DNA of 64,000 bases from Rhizophagus irregularis (lineage: Eukaryota): positions 4,402,001 through 4,466,000 of the forward strand of contig NC_089435.1 of assembly GCF_026210795.1 (NCBI RefSeq), given 5' to 3'. How positions within the stretch are numbered: the stretch's first letter is position 1; every line of letters starts with the position of its first letter. Shown here piece by piece: positions 1-12,696 of the stretch. Position numbers and translations under genes: made by a program. The notes beneath the pieces were generated by a model. That model was not told the origin of the DNA. It made no database searches and saw nothing but the letters and a program-made list of their open reading frames with translations.

Positions 1-1216
1 TTTATAAAAAGGTCTATACCATCTTTTAATAAAATAATTGGTTCTAGTAAATGACGTAAAGATTTATGAAAGGTATCACGAACCAGATCTTTATTTGCAG
101 CTTCTAAAATTGGTAAATATCCCAAAAGTTGCTTTGCATCCTGTTTATTACGACGCCATATTGGGATATTGCATAATGAAATATATATTGGATGCAATTG
201 ACTTTTTCCTAATGTATCTGTAGTTGTTGCATCAGAATATAAAATAATTGATAATAATTTGGAACCAGTAGGTAAGGATTCTTGCGTAGTTTTCCACAAT
301 TTTCCAGTGTTTTGTTCACTGTAAATACTTTCTCTATTATACTATAAAATAATATAAATAAATTAAAATAAATATTATTTAAATTATTGAATTAACTAAT
401 ATTTACTATTTACCTCATAGTTTTCGTAAGATAGCGCAAAATTTTGTGTTATGTCAGGAACAGTTAAGATATTTTTGATGCACTGTATTAAGTTTTGATA
501 ATAAAGAAAATAATCTTTATCCTTATGTTTTGTTATAAGAACTTTACTAAATTCTAAATTAGAAAACTGCATATTATTCATAAATGCTCGTCCCTGTTCA
601 ATATTTTTTGGTAATGGTGATTCTGTAAGATTTGAATGTTTATTAAAAAAACGTATTATTTCATTACCACCTTTATTGTTTATTTTATATTTCGTTACTA
701 ATAACATTAGATCTTTATAAGCATCATTAGGAAATTTTGTGCAAGTTTTGGTATTGAGATTTTTGGGTTCTTCAAAAATTTCAGGCTCTTCAGATGAATC
801 TAATATATTTTCAAAGTTACTATCTTCAAGGCTCATCTCTGATATTGCACTTCCAATACTGTCAAATGACATATTTTGTACATTATTATCATCATCCACC
901 TAAAATTATAAACCAAAATGAGTTAGTATAATTTGAGCTTTTTCTTTAAAAAGAATAATCTGGAATAACATAATTATTGAGCTTTTTCTTTAAAAAGAAT
1001 AATCTGGAATAACATAATTACCTCAACTTTATCATTTTCATATTCACTACTTAGATTACTTCTTGTATCCATTTCACTGCTATATTTTTCACTATCATTA
1101 TTATCATCATCATCTTCTACTTCTACTTCTACATTTTTTAAGCATTTTTGGGCGTGTTGAGTATATGCAAAGCATTGACTGAATATTCGCATACAAAGGG
1201 GGCATTTGAAACTCAT
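1..1216 (-). CDS. Plavaka-family transposase, 5' exons (runs off the window)
   Basis: Exons ~1216-1021, ~898-414 and ~341-1. N-terminal C2H2-like finger CPLC..HAQKC, then FPNDAYKDLM, YSEQNTGKLW, ILYSDATTTDTLGKSQLHPIYISLCNIP..RRN..LLGYLP, which are Plavaka (PF18759-like) motifs. Confidence 0.85.
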
Positions 1217-2454
1217 GTTACTAAATTAACGCGTCAAATTTGATGAAAAGTAGAGCTCCTAATGAGTCGAGTTGAGTTGAGTCATGAGTTAAAAACCTTA
1301 ATTTTAAAGTACTTTTTATTAAGTTAGAATATAATTAAACGAAAATTTACAATTATGCGAATCAAAAATGCGAGTTTATGCGAGTCATTTTCGGAGCTCT
1401 AATGAAAAGTATCAATTCACTATTTAATTTATATGAGATTATGTGTGCTAATAAAATTATATTGCAAATTCATTGTAAAAATTTAATGAATTAATTGAAT
1501 GGATTACAATTGATTGAGTTATTTGAATAGACACGACTACGCAAATTTACGCATTAATGAATGGAACTGGCTGTAAGAATCTGGTGGCTAATATCGCGGA
1601 ATCATTCGCAATTTTACGCATTATAGCAAAATTTAAAATATGCGAAACACTCAGCAATTTTGCTGTCGGGAACTTGCCGAGTTCGTGGGTTGGCAAATCT
1701 AAAAATAAATGTAACAAGTCTATGATGTACCATATAAATATTGTTTATTATTTTATTTACTATTTCAATTTGCCGGCAACCTGCCAAGTGAATCTGACAG
1801 CAAAAGTGCTGAGTGTTTCGCATATTTTGAATTTGCTGTAACGGGCTGTAAGAATTCGGATGGCTTATTCAATCGGCTAATCATCTGATAATCAGCCGCA
1901 AATTTATTGGCTTAACACGGCAAATCACTTTTACAATAATGGACGGATGATCAGCCACAAATTTATGCGATAATCAGGTTATAAGCGCTCAAGATCACTA
2001 TCAATCTGATCAGCCAAATGAGTTCACTGGCTGCAACTTTTTTTTCCATGCATAAAAGCCCCAACATGTGTAACATGTTATTTTTTTATAAATTGGATTT
2101 GATTAATATTTCGATTGTACTATGTGCTTTTACGAGAGTTTTTTTTTAAAGTTCTCTTATGAAAGTGTTACAATATTTTTTCGTAATATCACGATGCAAA
2201 ATTTTTGCATTAGTACATTCATTTTTCGTAATATTTCGCATTAGTTCATCCATTTTTCGCAATATTTCGCAAGTTTTTTTTCTTTTTTAGTATAGAATGG
2301 CGGAAATTACCTTATGACAGCTTGCCTCCTTTTTCTGAATTTCTGATTCATGTATTTCCCCCTTTTTCCTCATCCTTTTCGAATTTTCTAGTTCACCTTT
2401 TTCTCATATATTTCCTCCTTTTTCTCATATTTTCGTTTCAAATTTATTATCATA

Positions 2455-3856
2455 ATGGCTACAAAGCGTGGCGAGAAACGAAGAATTGACGATAATGAAA
2501 GATTTTCAAAACGTAGTACTGAGGGTAGCGAAGCTGAGAAGCGAGTGAGAATATCCGATGATAGCGTTGATGGTATATATGACATGATATGTATCATATT
2601 CTTTATAAAAGAAATTATATAATATATAGTTAAATTATATTTTATTGTTAAAGTTAATAAAAAAACAATAGAAAAACTATTAAGAACCAATTCGCAGATA
2701 ATTTCTAAGCTTGAAGTTCTTATCACCGGACAAAAAAATCTCGAAACCCATCTCTCGAGCATAGAAAAAAAGCTCAACGATAATAACAAAAATAATAATA
2801 ATACAATAGATCCGGAGTATGTAAAGGTAATAAAGATGAATATTATTTAATGTAAACCTGAAATGCTAACCTCGTTTGATTAGGAGCTCGTTAAGAAGGT
2901 GTCGAAAATTTTATTTGAAAATTTTGTTTATCCTTCGCAAGACGAGTACAAACTCGCTACCGAAAAATATTTAAAAGACAAAAATCCGGAATTTATGCGC
3001 CAGTTCAAAAAAAATCAATGGATTATTTTTTTCGAAAAAAAAATTGCCCCGACTGTAAGTTAAAGCAATTATGAATTTTATTAAATTTCATACTAACATT
3101 TTTTTTAATAGTTAGTACAACAACATAGAAGCATACGAGGGACGTTCACGTCTAGAGTTAAAGACGTTATGTATTCTGTTTTCGAAGCAACTGGGCATAA
3201 ATTACCGTCTATTAACACTCAGGCTAGTCCGTCAAAGATTCAGGAATGGAAGAGTAAGGCGGAGGTGAAAAGATGTTACAACAACCTATTTAAAAAGGTT
3301 AAAGATGGGCAATCTACGACATATATGTCACTGATAATTGATAAGTTGCGAAAAGAAAATAAAAATCCCTCAAAAACACAAATAGCGTATGCGATTAGCA
3401 TATGTGAAACGTACTTAAATCCTAATAATCAAAACATTCAAATGAGCGAAAGTATAATGAAGTCGAAGATAATCAACAACTTAGTAAGTTTTTAATTTAC
3501 AATTTGCAAAATGTGAATTATTTGAATTACAGTTTATTTATTTATTTATTGATTTTTAGCAAAAGTTGGAAAATAGGGATAAATTTACACATTCGGACGA
3601 TGATTCTCATGATGGTAATGATGTAGACGATGGTGGTGATAGAGCAGCTGACGATAGAGCAGGTGCGGCTGATGATGGTGTGACTAACGATGGTAGGCCT
3701 AACGATGGTGCGGCTAACGATGGTGCGGCCAACGATGGTGCGGCCAATGATGGCATAGCTGACGATGATATACTTTCTATTGACTCTTATAACACGGAGG
3801 AGGAAGGTCGGTATGTAAATAGTTTATTAGAGAATTATGGGTTGCATAGGAAATAA
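2455..3856 (+). CDS. Second gene of the Plavaka element, unknown function, 5 exons, acidic C-terminus
   Basis: ATG at 2455. Four GT..AG introns splice into one open frame ending at TAA 3856. Homologous to 20241-21968. Confidence 0.75.
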
Positions 3857-5039
3857 ATATTATTTTTTATATATATCACACATAATAGCATTTTTTTTAC
3901 CATAATTAATATAGTTTTAATAAATAAAATGGTTATTAATTCTTAACAACACGGGTGTGACATAAATAAATCGTGGCTGAAATTTGTGTTCAATTTGTGT
4001 TCAATTTGTGTTGATAATTCTGGTAAAAATTTGTTAATTTTGGCCAAATTTCGTTAAATTTGTTAAATTTGTGTTGAATTTGTGTTGATAATTTTTAATT
4101 TATTACGAGAGGATAATATTTAGTAATTGTGCATATACAATTTCTGTGATTTTTTAAAATGCGGATTTCCGTAATTTTACGATATTGTATTTTCTGGCCA
4201 ATCAAATTAGGCTGATCCTTGCATGTGATTTAATTATTTAATCATTTAATCATGCACACGTTTTTGTCTTATTTATTTTTGTTTCTTATTTCTTTATTCT
4301 TTTGTTCAATATTTTTAAATTTTTTGTCTCTTCTTTCTATTATTTCTTTAATTATATACAATATATTTACATATATTTCATAATTTATTGCTTTGCAGGT
4401 ATAGAAATATTTGTTTATTAATACTAATTATTTTCATTTTTTTTTACCTCTTTGTTATTTTGTATCGTAATACTAACAATAATATCCATGTTTCCTTTAT
4501 TCCTTTTTACTTGTACTTTAATACTAACAATACTAACAATACTAACAACATGTTTATTTTTTCCTTTCTCTTTATTTCTTTATTCTTTTGTTCAATTACT
4601 TTGCAGGTATAGAAATATTTATTTATTAATACTAATTATTTTAATATTAACGCGTTTTTTTTTACCTCTTTGTTACTTTATGTCGTAATACTAACAATAC
4701 TATCTACGTTTCCTTTATTTCTTTTTACTTGTATTTTAATACTAACGATAATATCCATGTTTCTTTTACTCCTTTTACTGTTTCTTTAACTCTTTTTACC
4801 TTAATACTAACAATAATAACAATATTTCTTTTATCTTTATATCTAATACTAACGTTACTATAGCTGTTTCTCTTCTTTTTACGTCTAATAATATTGTTAT
4901 TCTACTCTTTCTTTTTTTTACTTTTATGTATTCTGTATATATTAATAAATACTTGTAATTTTTTATGGTTTAATAAAATTATATCTAATAAAACATACAT
5001 TATATAAACTTATAGTACAGAAAATGAAGTATTATTTAT

Positions 5040-5490
5040 CGAAATATTTTGAAATATTACGAAATATTAAGTTGTGTAAAATCACAGAATATTACGAATC
5101 GTCAAATTATAGAACATTACGCATCATAGAATTTCGAAATATTTTAAAAAGTTGCGAAGTATTACGCAGTAAAATTACGGAATATTACGAATCGTAAAAT
5201 TACGAAGCCTTGCATACAGTAATATTTCGAAATATTTTAAAAAGTTACAAAATATTACGCTTACGCAAACTTGCGGCGGGTCTGAAAACTTACGAAATAT
5301 TATGTAAAATTACGAAATATTGCGAACCGCAAAATTACGGAATATTACAAATCGTAAAATTACGAAGCTTTGCATATCGTAATATTTCGAAATATTTTAA
5401 AAAGTTACAAAATATTACGCTTACGCAAACTTGCGGCAGGTCTGGAAGCTTACAAAATATTATGATGTGTAAACTTGCGCAACTTTTCGC
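5040..5490. repeat. Subterminal repeats (ATATTACG/AAATTACG motifs, ~165-bp duplication)
   Basis: Repeated gaaatattacg/aaaattacg motifs. The block 5160-5300 is nearly duplicated at 5330-5460. Confidence 0.85.
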
Positions 5491-6093
5491 ACTATATAAT
5501 TTCCTGATGTATTTAATTTGACTGCTTAAAATTTTTTATATCTAAATTAAAAATAATGATTAATAATTAATAATTTGGAATTGAACTCTTCCTAACAATT
5601 ATTATGTCCATTTTTTAGCGAAAAAATAATTTTATTTTTTTTAATTTTATAGCTTAAAAATGTCATACTTGACCAAATATACAAATGCTATTAACTTTAA
5701 AAAGGTCACAAAATGTAGTATAAATGAAAAGAGCTTTCTTTATTTTTAATATTATCCTTCAAAAGGTTGAATTTACTTATCCAACCAAAATTTTAAGTTA
5801 TATAAAACATATTTTACCTCCTGAAAAATATAATAATATTGAATTATAATTATGTTAAAGATCATAAAAATGTGCTTAAAGATAGAATTTGATATTAAGA
5901 ATAACATTCACCTCACCTACTTGTTGTTTGCATTTGCTATTTTTGCTGATGAGTACGAAATCTTTATAAAGGTTTTTATTGAAGAAATATTCCAAAAATA
6001 AGTGGCACAGGCAGAGTCAACAGAACTAACCAATAATATGCTAATATTAACTTAAGTACAGTTAATAGATATAAAAAATTTTGATAACGTTAA

Positions 6094-7020
6094 GGGTAGA
6101 GTCTTTTTGTTGACTCCGTAGTTAACTCAGTGATCAACTTGTGTAACATTTTAAAAATAGTATTTCATGTGATGATCAACAATAATAGCCAATAAAATCA
6201 ATCAATTTCACGTGACAATTTTTTAAGAAATACTTTGCACGAAAGAAAAATCAAAGAAAAAATTGAAAAAAACTTCATTATTTTATTTTACAATTAAACA
6301 GAAATTTTCACAGGTTCACTAATTTGTTGTCTATAATGATTATAATTATTTTATTTTGTAAGATAAATTACAAAAAATAAAATATTACAATAAAATTAAT
6401 ATTTAAACATTCTCAGTAAATGATTTTTGATATTCAAAAAATAAATAGATCACTTTTTAATAACAATAACTCGCTCCTTGATAACTCCAATGCAATATAC
6501 TTATTCATAATTACTATTATTTAAATATGTATAATTTATCTATAATGAAAAAAAGTAATAATTAGAAAACTACTAGAAATCTAAAAATAGAATAATATAG
6601 AACTATAAATTTAAGGAATAGCTTATAGTAAACTTTCAAAAAATCTATCTTACCATTATATTATTGTATAAGTGAATTTGTAGATAAAGAAGCCAGACTA
6701 TTTGGTTTTAAGTTTGGTAAGAAAATAGTGCAAACTGACTGAGTTAGCGTAAGTAATGAGCAACTTTAAAGTATAATAAGCAATTGCAACTGAACTCTTG
6801 ACAAGTAAAAATTTTTGAAAATAAAGCATATATTAAAAAAACTAATTAAACCAGGTATAACAACTCTTTAAAAATATGGAAATAAAAAATTTAAACAATA
6901 ATAATATGTTTCTTTAGTGGCTTGGCTTTGTCACACTTTTTTTTAATCGATAAAATTGACTTGGGTCATGATTGACATTATGTTACATATGTATAACCAT
7001 ATGATCAAAAGACTCTACCC
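6094..7020. mobile_element. Non-autonomous Kolobok-like DNA transposon
   Basis: Perfect 14-bp terminal inverted repeat (TIR) GGGTAGAGTCTTTT / AAAAGACTCTACCC, flanked by TTAA at 6090-6093 and 7021-7024. RR..YY ends with a TTAA TSD fit Kolobok rather than piggyBac (CC..GG). Confidence 0.7.
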
Positions 7021-8248
7021 TTAAATAACAATTAATGGATGTGAAATATGACGATCAAAATATTGAATACCAATCAAAGGACATGATATCAGAATCTTCA
7101 ACAAAGAATTTTAAAAAAAGTTCCACAAAATTAAATATCAAAGCCATACTCTATACTCCAAAAGAAAAAAGCTGAACTATTACATTTGCAGAAATTATCT
7201 TTAAGAATTTAGATGTAGGTAGTAACTATAATACTTAGTCAACTTCTTCTGGTAATAGGAGAAGATAAATATGACTAAACGTACGTTATCAAATAGTAAG
7301 GCTCAGCTAGCTAAAAAGAAATAACAATACGCATCTATAAAAGAAATATAATCTGTAATGACTGTATATACTTCAATACTTAAGAATAATATCCACAAAA
7401 TTATGGTATGATATCTCTTTCACCTGAGTTCAATTCAATCTTCTTTAACATCTAGAAAAATAGGGTCACATGATCATTTTCAAAACTAAATATTAGAAGA
7501 AATATTTAACGGTTATAGTCTCAATTAACTTCAACAAGTAAGTTATAAGTTTATAAAATCAAGGAATTTAGACTACTCTTTTAAGAAGACTTTCTGTCTA
7601 ATGGTATTTTACTAACTAGAATTTTCAATAAAGAAAGGAAAGAAAATGTTTTTAGACTATGGTAAAAGATTTACCTGTCATTATTACTACTTTGACGTTA
7701 TATTTGTCAGATCCTTTTAAATCACTGATATTCTATTTGGGATGCAAAGTTTTTAAATTAGTTCAGAAGAAGAATACCTACAAGCTCATCACGTATTATA
7801 AAAATTGGGTAGATTTGGATAAAATCATCAATATAAAGTTGAACTTACTAGAATTTGAAGGTATTTGGACTAGTAGGTATTTTTCACCTTAACTTTTAAA
7901 AGATCGTAATCAATTACCAAGAAGTGGCCGCAATTAGAAGCAGAATTAAGACCTAGCTTACAAAATTGGACCAAATGCTACAAATAATAAGTCTAAGAAA
8001 AGTAAATCTTCTGAAAAAAAAGATTATTTTACAACTTTTAAAAATATGAAGAAGGATTTAGATGGTAGTGAATTTGATAAACTTACTTTATTGGCTAAAA
8101 TTAAATTACTACTTCATCAGAATATTTATTTAGGTGTAATTTAATGTAATATTTAGAGATAATGTAAAATTTCAAAATATTACACTAAAAACGTAATATT
8201 ACAAAAGTTTACACTTTTAAATTGAATAATTATAGTAATTTAATAATA

Positions 8249-8420
8249 CAATCAAACCTTGATATAGCGAATTCTTGATATAGTGAATTTTTCAGACAAC
8301 TATAATAAATTTCCCCTTGCTATAACAAATTAACTAATCAAATCTCTTAAAATCTTCACTATAACCCTATAGCAAAGTTGAGATCTGGAACCTAGGGTTC
8401 ATTATAACAAGAGTTGACTG
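8249..8420. mobile_element. Tc1/mariner-type MITE
   Basis: TA on both sides. Ends CAATCAAACCTTGATATAGCGA and (reverse complement) CAGTCAACTCTTGTTATAATGA. Shares GAACCCTAGGTTCCAG with 16298-17645. Confidence 0.75.
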
Positions 8421-8939
8421 TATCTTGTAATCTACTGATTCAATTAAAACAATCTATAGCTCATTGGAATCAACTTATCAAGACGAATCAAATGGTAGTA
8501 AAATCACATTTTTACAGTTGATAGAATGCTCTATAGTATGCGTGCAATAAAGTTTTAAATTAATAGAAAGTCATCTATCAAACATGAAAATATGATTTTA
8601 CTACTATTTGATTCGTCTTGATGAGCTAATTTCAATGAGCTATAGATCATCTTAATTAGATCATTAGATAGTGAGATATTATTAAATTACTATAATCATC
8701 AGTAATATTTTTCGGAATAGGATCCACAAGGATTCCATAATTTTCTATAGAATCCCTAAAGATTCGCAAATTCATGGAATCCTAAAAATTCTTTGCTAAT
8801 TTTTAAGGAACTTTTAGGAATCTATTAATTGTCAGATTCTTTAAAGATCCTTAAATAAAAAACTCTAAGGATAAGGATGGCGCCGAAATTGCTTTTCCAA
8901 ATCTGCAGTATTGCAGATTTAAGAATTGAATTGCGCATA

Positions 8940-9183
8940 TGAGTCCGCATATCCGCAATGAATCCGCATATCCGCAATGAATCCGCAAGTCCGCAATGAA
9001 TCCGCAAATCAATACTGTATCGCAAATCCGCAATGAATCCGCAAGTTCGCAATGAATCCGCAAATCAATACTGTATCGCAAATCCGCAATGAATCCGCAA
9101 GTTCGCAATGAATCCGCAAATCAATACTGTATCGCAAATCCGCAATGAATCTGTAAATCAATACTGTATCACAAATCCGCAAT
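8940..9183. repeat. hAT left subterminal tandem repeats (AATGAATCCGCAA)
   Basis: Many ATCCGCA(A) copies in ~55-bp higher-order units. The same motif occurs at 15280-15390. Confidence 0.9.
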
Positions 9184-9419
9184 GTTAAATAAAATAATAT
9201 CAAGTAAAAAACCATCAATTCAAAATAAAGAATTCGTCATCCCGACATATTAAAAATTGTTGAAATTAGAAGTGTTATTTTTATAATTTTTTTTTTGTTA
9301 AAGTTATTATACTGAATTAAACATACTATTTATTCATCACAATCAACTTCGTCTGATGATGATATCATGCTATACCAAGACTTCTTTGATTCAATTTTAT
9401 ACACTTTTTACTCATAATA

Positions 9420-9725
9420 TTTCTGGACAATTTTGTCCACTTTTTTTCTATCATTTTTGGACATCCATCGCTTCTGGACAATTTTGTCCACTTTTTTTTC
9501 TATCATTTTTGGACATCCATCGCTTCTGGACAATTTTGTCCACTTTTTTTCTATCATTTTTGGACATCCATCGCTTCTGGACAATTTTGTCCACTTTTTT
9601 TTCTATCATTTTTGGACATCCATCGCTTCTGGACAATTTTGTCCACTTTTTTTTCTTGTATCATTTCTGGTCACCTTATTCCTCGTATTATTTCTGGACA
9701 ATTTTGTTCAATTTTTCTCTTTGTC
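9420..9725. repeat. ~53-bp tandem repeat with near-palindromic core TGGACAATTTTGTCCA
   Basis: About 5-6 units are visible. The same core recurs at 12370-12480 and 14645-14775. Confidence 0.9.
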
Positions 9726-9884
9726 CAGTTAAATTTACAAATTTTCACATTATTGAAATTTAAACTTCACAATTTACAATTAGGCGTGATCTTAATCAAT
9801 CAACATCTTGTACTACTAAATCAAACTTTAAAACGATATTGATGACAAACTCTTTTAATTTCAAGTTTTACTCTTTATAACGTC

Positions 9885-12242
9885 ATGTCATGCGGTCCTT
9901 CTAAGGTAAGCAAAGGTCGACCACCATCAAATGTATGGTGTAATCATATGATACAAGGTAACATGCAGTCGAGAGGACACTATTCAGCGACGTGTAGTTA
10001 CATGTCGACAATACTGGAGACAAGGAAGGCCCCAAGTCCTCAGTGCACATTTGGCAAACCACTGTAAAAAATGCCCCGATGATGTTTCATTGTATTTTGC
10101 CAAAATTGTCAGGAAAAATCTTGCTAAATAAGAGGAAGAAAGCGCAGATGAAGATGAATCAGATTATCCTAACAAAAGGGTTCGACAAACGGGAATTAAG
10201 AATTTTTACAGAGGAGGTAAAATAGAAAAAGGACGGAGTGATGAATTAGACCGGGTGATAATGAAAGCCTACGTGATGTGCAACATACCCTTTAGCACAA
10301 TCGATAATCCTTGGTTTATCGACATGATAAAGGCGCTGGAGCCAGGATACGATCCACCTTCACGACGAGTACTAAACGGTACTTTATTGGAGGCGGAATT
10401 ATCCAGAGTCAATGCACGAGTCAACAATGAATTAGAAAAAGAGTCTAATTTTACTATCGGTAAATCTATAATTTCTATAATTGCTTCAAAATATTTTATT
10501 AAAAAAATAACTATCCATATATTTTTTATTAGCTCTTGATGGTTGGACAGACCCTCGAGGGAATAGCTTATGGGCGTTTATTTTGCTGACACCATCGAGA
10601 AAGGAATATCTATTACAACTTGAAGACCTTTCTAAAAATTCACATACCGCTGAATATTTATCAAAAGTTATAAATGATATAATTTGTAAAGTGGGTATAA
10701 GCAAAATTGTCGCTATTGTCAGTGACAATGCTGCCAATGTCGCAGGTGCCCATCGAATAATCACGAATGAATATCCATCCATTATCAATATACGATGCAT
10801 CGCCCATTGCATCAATCTGATAAGTAGTGATATTGTCAAAGTAGATCAAGTTAAATGTCTTGTAAAACGAGCAAATATTTTAACAAGATACTTCAAAAAT
10901 TCAACCCTTGCCAGCACTTGGCTTAAAGAAGCGATTGATGCAAAAAATATTGCAGGTGGAGGGCTGAAAACGTACATCGAAACAAGATGGACGACAGTCC
11001 ATGAATGTACATCTTCGGTGTACAGATTAAAAGATGCTTTATTACATGTACGTATACTTTATATTTAAATTGATAATAATTAAACCTAATACAAAAATGT
11101 TTATTCAATTAGGTCCTGGACAATCATGAACGCGAAATCTCTAATGAAGCTGTAAAAGCAATTTTGAAAAAAAGAGGGTTTTTTGATGACATTCGTAATT
11201 TATCGGATATTTTGGAGCCGATAAAAAAAGCAATTCTCATATTAGAAGGAAGTAATGTAACTTTAGCAGATTGTTATCTGCATCTTCTTCGTATCGCAGC
11301 ATTTTTTAAGTCAATGCCAACTGATGATTATAAAGAGTTAAGAAACTCTTGTATTAGCATTTTTAATAAGCGGTAATGTATTAAGTTAGTATCTTTAATA
11401 GAAGATTCAAAATTAATGTTTAATTTTAAATATTTTTTTAATAGATATAAAGAGTTTGACGAGGATATCTATTTGTTAGGTTTCTTCCTTCATCCTAAAT
11501 ACTGAGGTAATTATTTTTTTTATTGTTATTTAAATTCATTTAATAATATAAATTTGCAAATTTGTTAGGACATGGAATGCGTGATAATCAATTTGAGCGT
11601 CTTAGAAAGTGTGCCCTTCGAATCTGGAAAAACCTTGGGCATAAAAAAAATTCTGGATTAGAACTTGATGCACAACTTCGTGCATACTTTGATAATTCTG
11701 AACCATATAACACGTCTTATTCAGTTCATGACACAGCTTACCATTGGTGGAATTCCATAGTTGATGGGAAATTTTCTTCTCTTTCGCGGCTAGCTAAAGT
11801 AATATTTTCAATAACCCCACACTCGGCAAGTTGTGAAAGATTATTTTCAGCCATGGGATGGCTCTTTGGTAAGAGACGTATAAATTTGCAACCAGAAACT
11901 ATAGAGACAATGGCGAAAATATATCTTTATTCTCTCAAACATGCTAAAAAAGACTTAAATTATACAAGTAACGGTGATAGCAGTTCAAAGTTAGATGATG
12001 ATATTCAACTCATGCTGAATACAGTATTTGAAGAAGAAGAAGAAATTATGAGTGAGAATGATGATGATAGTTTTAATGAACATCAATCTGATGAAACAAA
12101 TATGAATGATGAAACATTAGATATTGAAAGCACGGTAGATCTAGGACCATGGGTCTTTATTGATAATTCTATACTTCCAACTATTACTCGAAGATATGAT
12201 AGTGATGGCGAAGAGGAATGGGATCCGAAACAATTAAACTAA
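9885..12242 (+). pseudogene. hAT transposase (BED finger, DUF659/RNase H-like core, C-terminal dimerisation domain), disrupted
   Basis: Motifs CSY/C..HLANHC, LDGWT, VSDNAAN, RCIAHCINL, TRW, FLHP, PHSASCERLFS; four introns. Frameshift near 10002 and in-frame TGA at 11503-11505 (HPKY*). Confidence 0.9.
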
Positions 12243-12696
12243 TTCTTTTTTTGACTTTTATTTTGCCTATATAATATTCATATTTGTACTTATTGTGAAC
12301 ATTTAATATCTAATAAATTTGATAGTATTTTATAATGCATATCAACAATTTTGTCCTCCCTTTTTATTTTGGACAAAATTGTCCACTTTTGTATTCAGAA
12401 AACTTTATTTTTTATTTTGGACAAAATTGTCCACTTTTGTATTCAGAAAACTTTATTTTTTATTTTGGACAAAATTGTCCACTTTATAATCAGAAAACTT
12501 TACTTTTTTTTGCTTTAGAAACTTTGGACAGAAGCTTCCCCGTGCAATTTGAAAATATGTAAATGTTACGTTTAATTATCTATACATTTAATTATCTATC
12601 TAACGCGTATAACTTATGCCAATATAAAATACATGCTTCTTTGTTGATAATGATATTACCCACTAACCAACATATTCAATGTATTCACTATTTTTT

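Larger units (their letters stand above)
1..5509. mobile_element. Plavaka (CACTA/CMC-related) DNA transposon, right part; left end is outside the window
   Basis: Contains a Plavaka transposase (-) and a divergent second gene (+). Subterminal repeats at 5040-5490 end in TTCCTGATG (reverse complement CATCAGGAAATT), the same CATC-type terminus as the element at 8697-22502. Confidence 0.7.

Noticed and set aside
5490..5494. CACTA pentamer near the end of the first Plavaka element
   Set aside because: It is in the wrong orientation for a right end. The GATG end at 5509 matches the second element better.
9420..9725. CRISPR-like look of palindromic repeats (also 16460-17105)
   Set aside because: The spacers are near-identical rather than unique, the context is eukaryotic, and there are no cas genes.
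8825..9842. Several ORFs in the track over 8825-9842 and 14502-14906
   Set aside because: They are translations of tandem repeats in multiple frames, not credible proteins.
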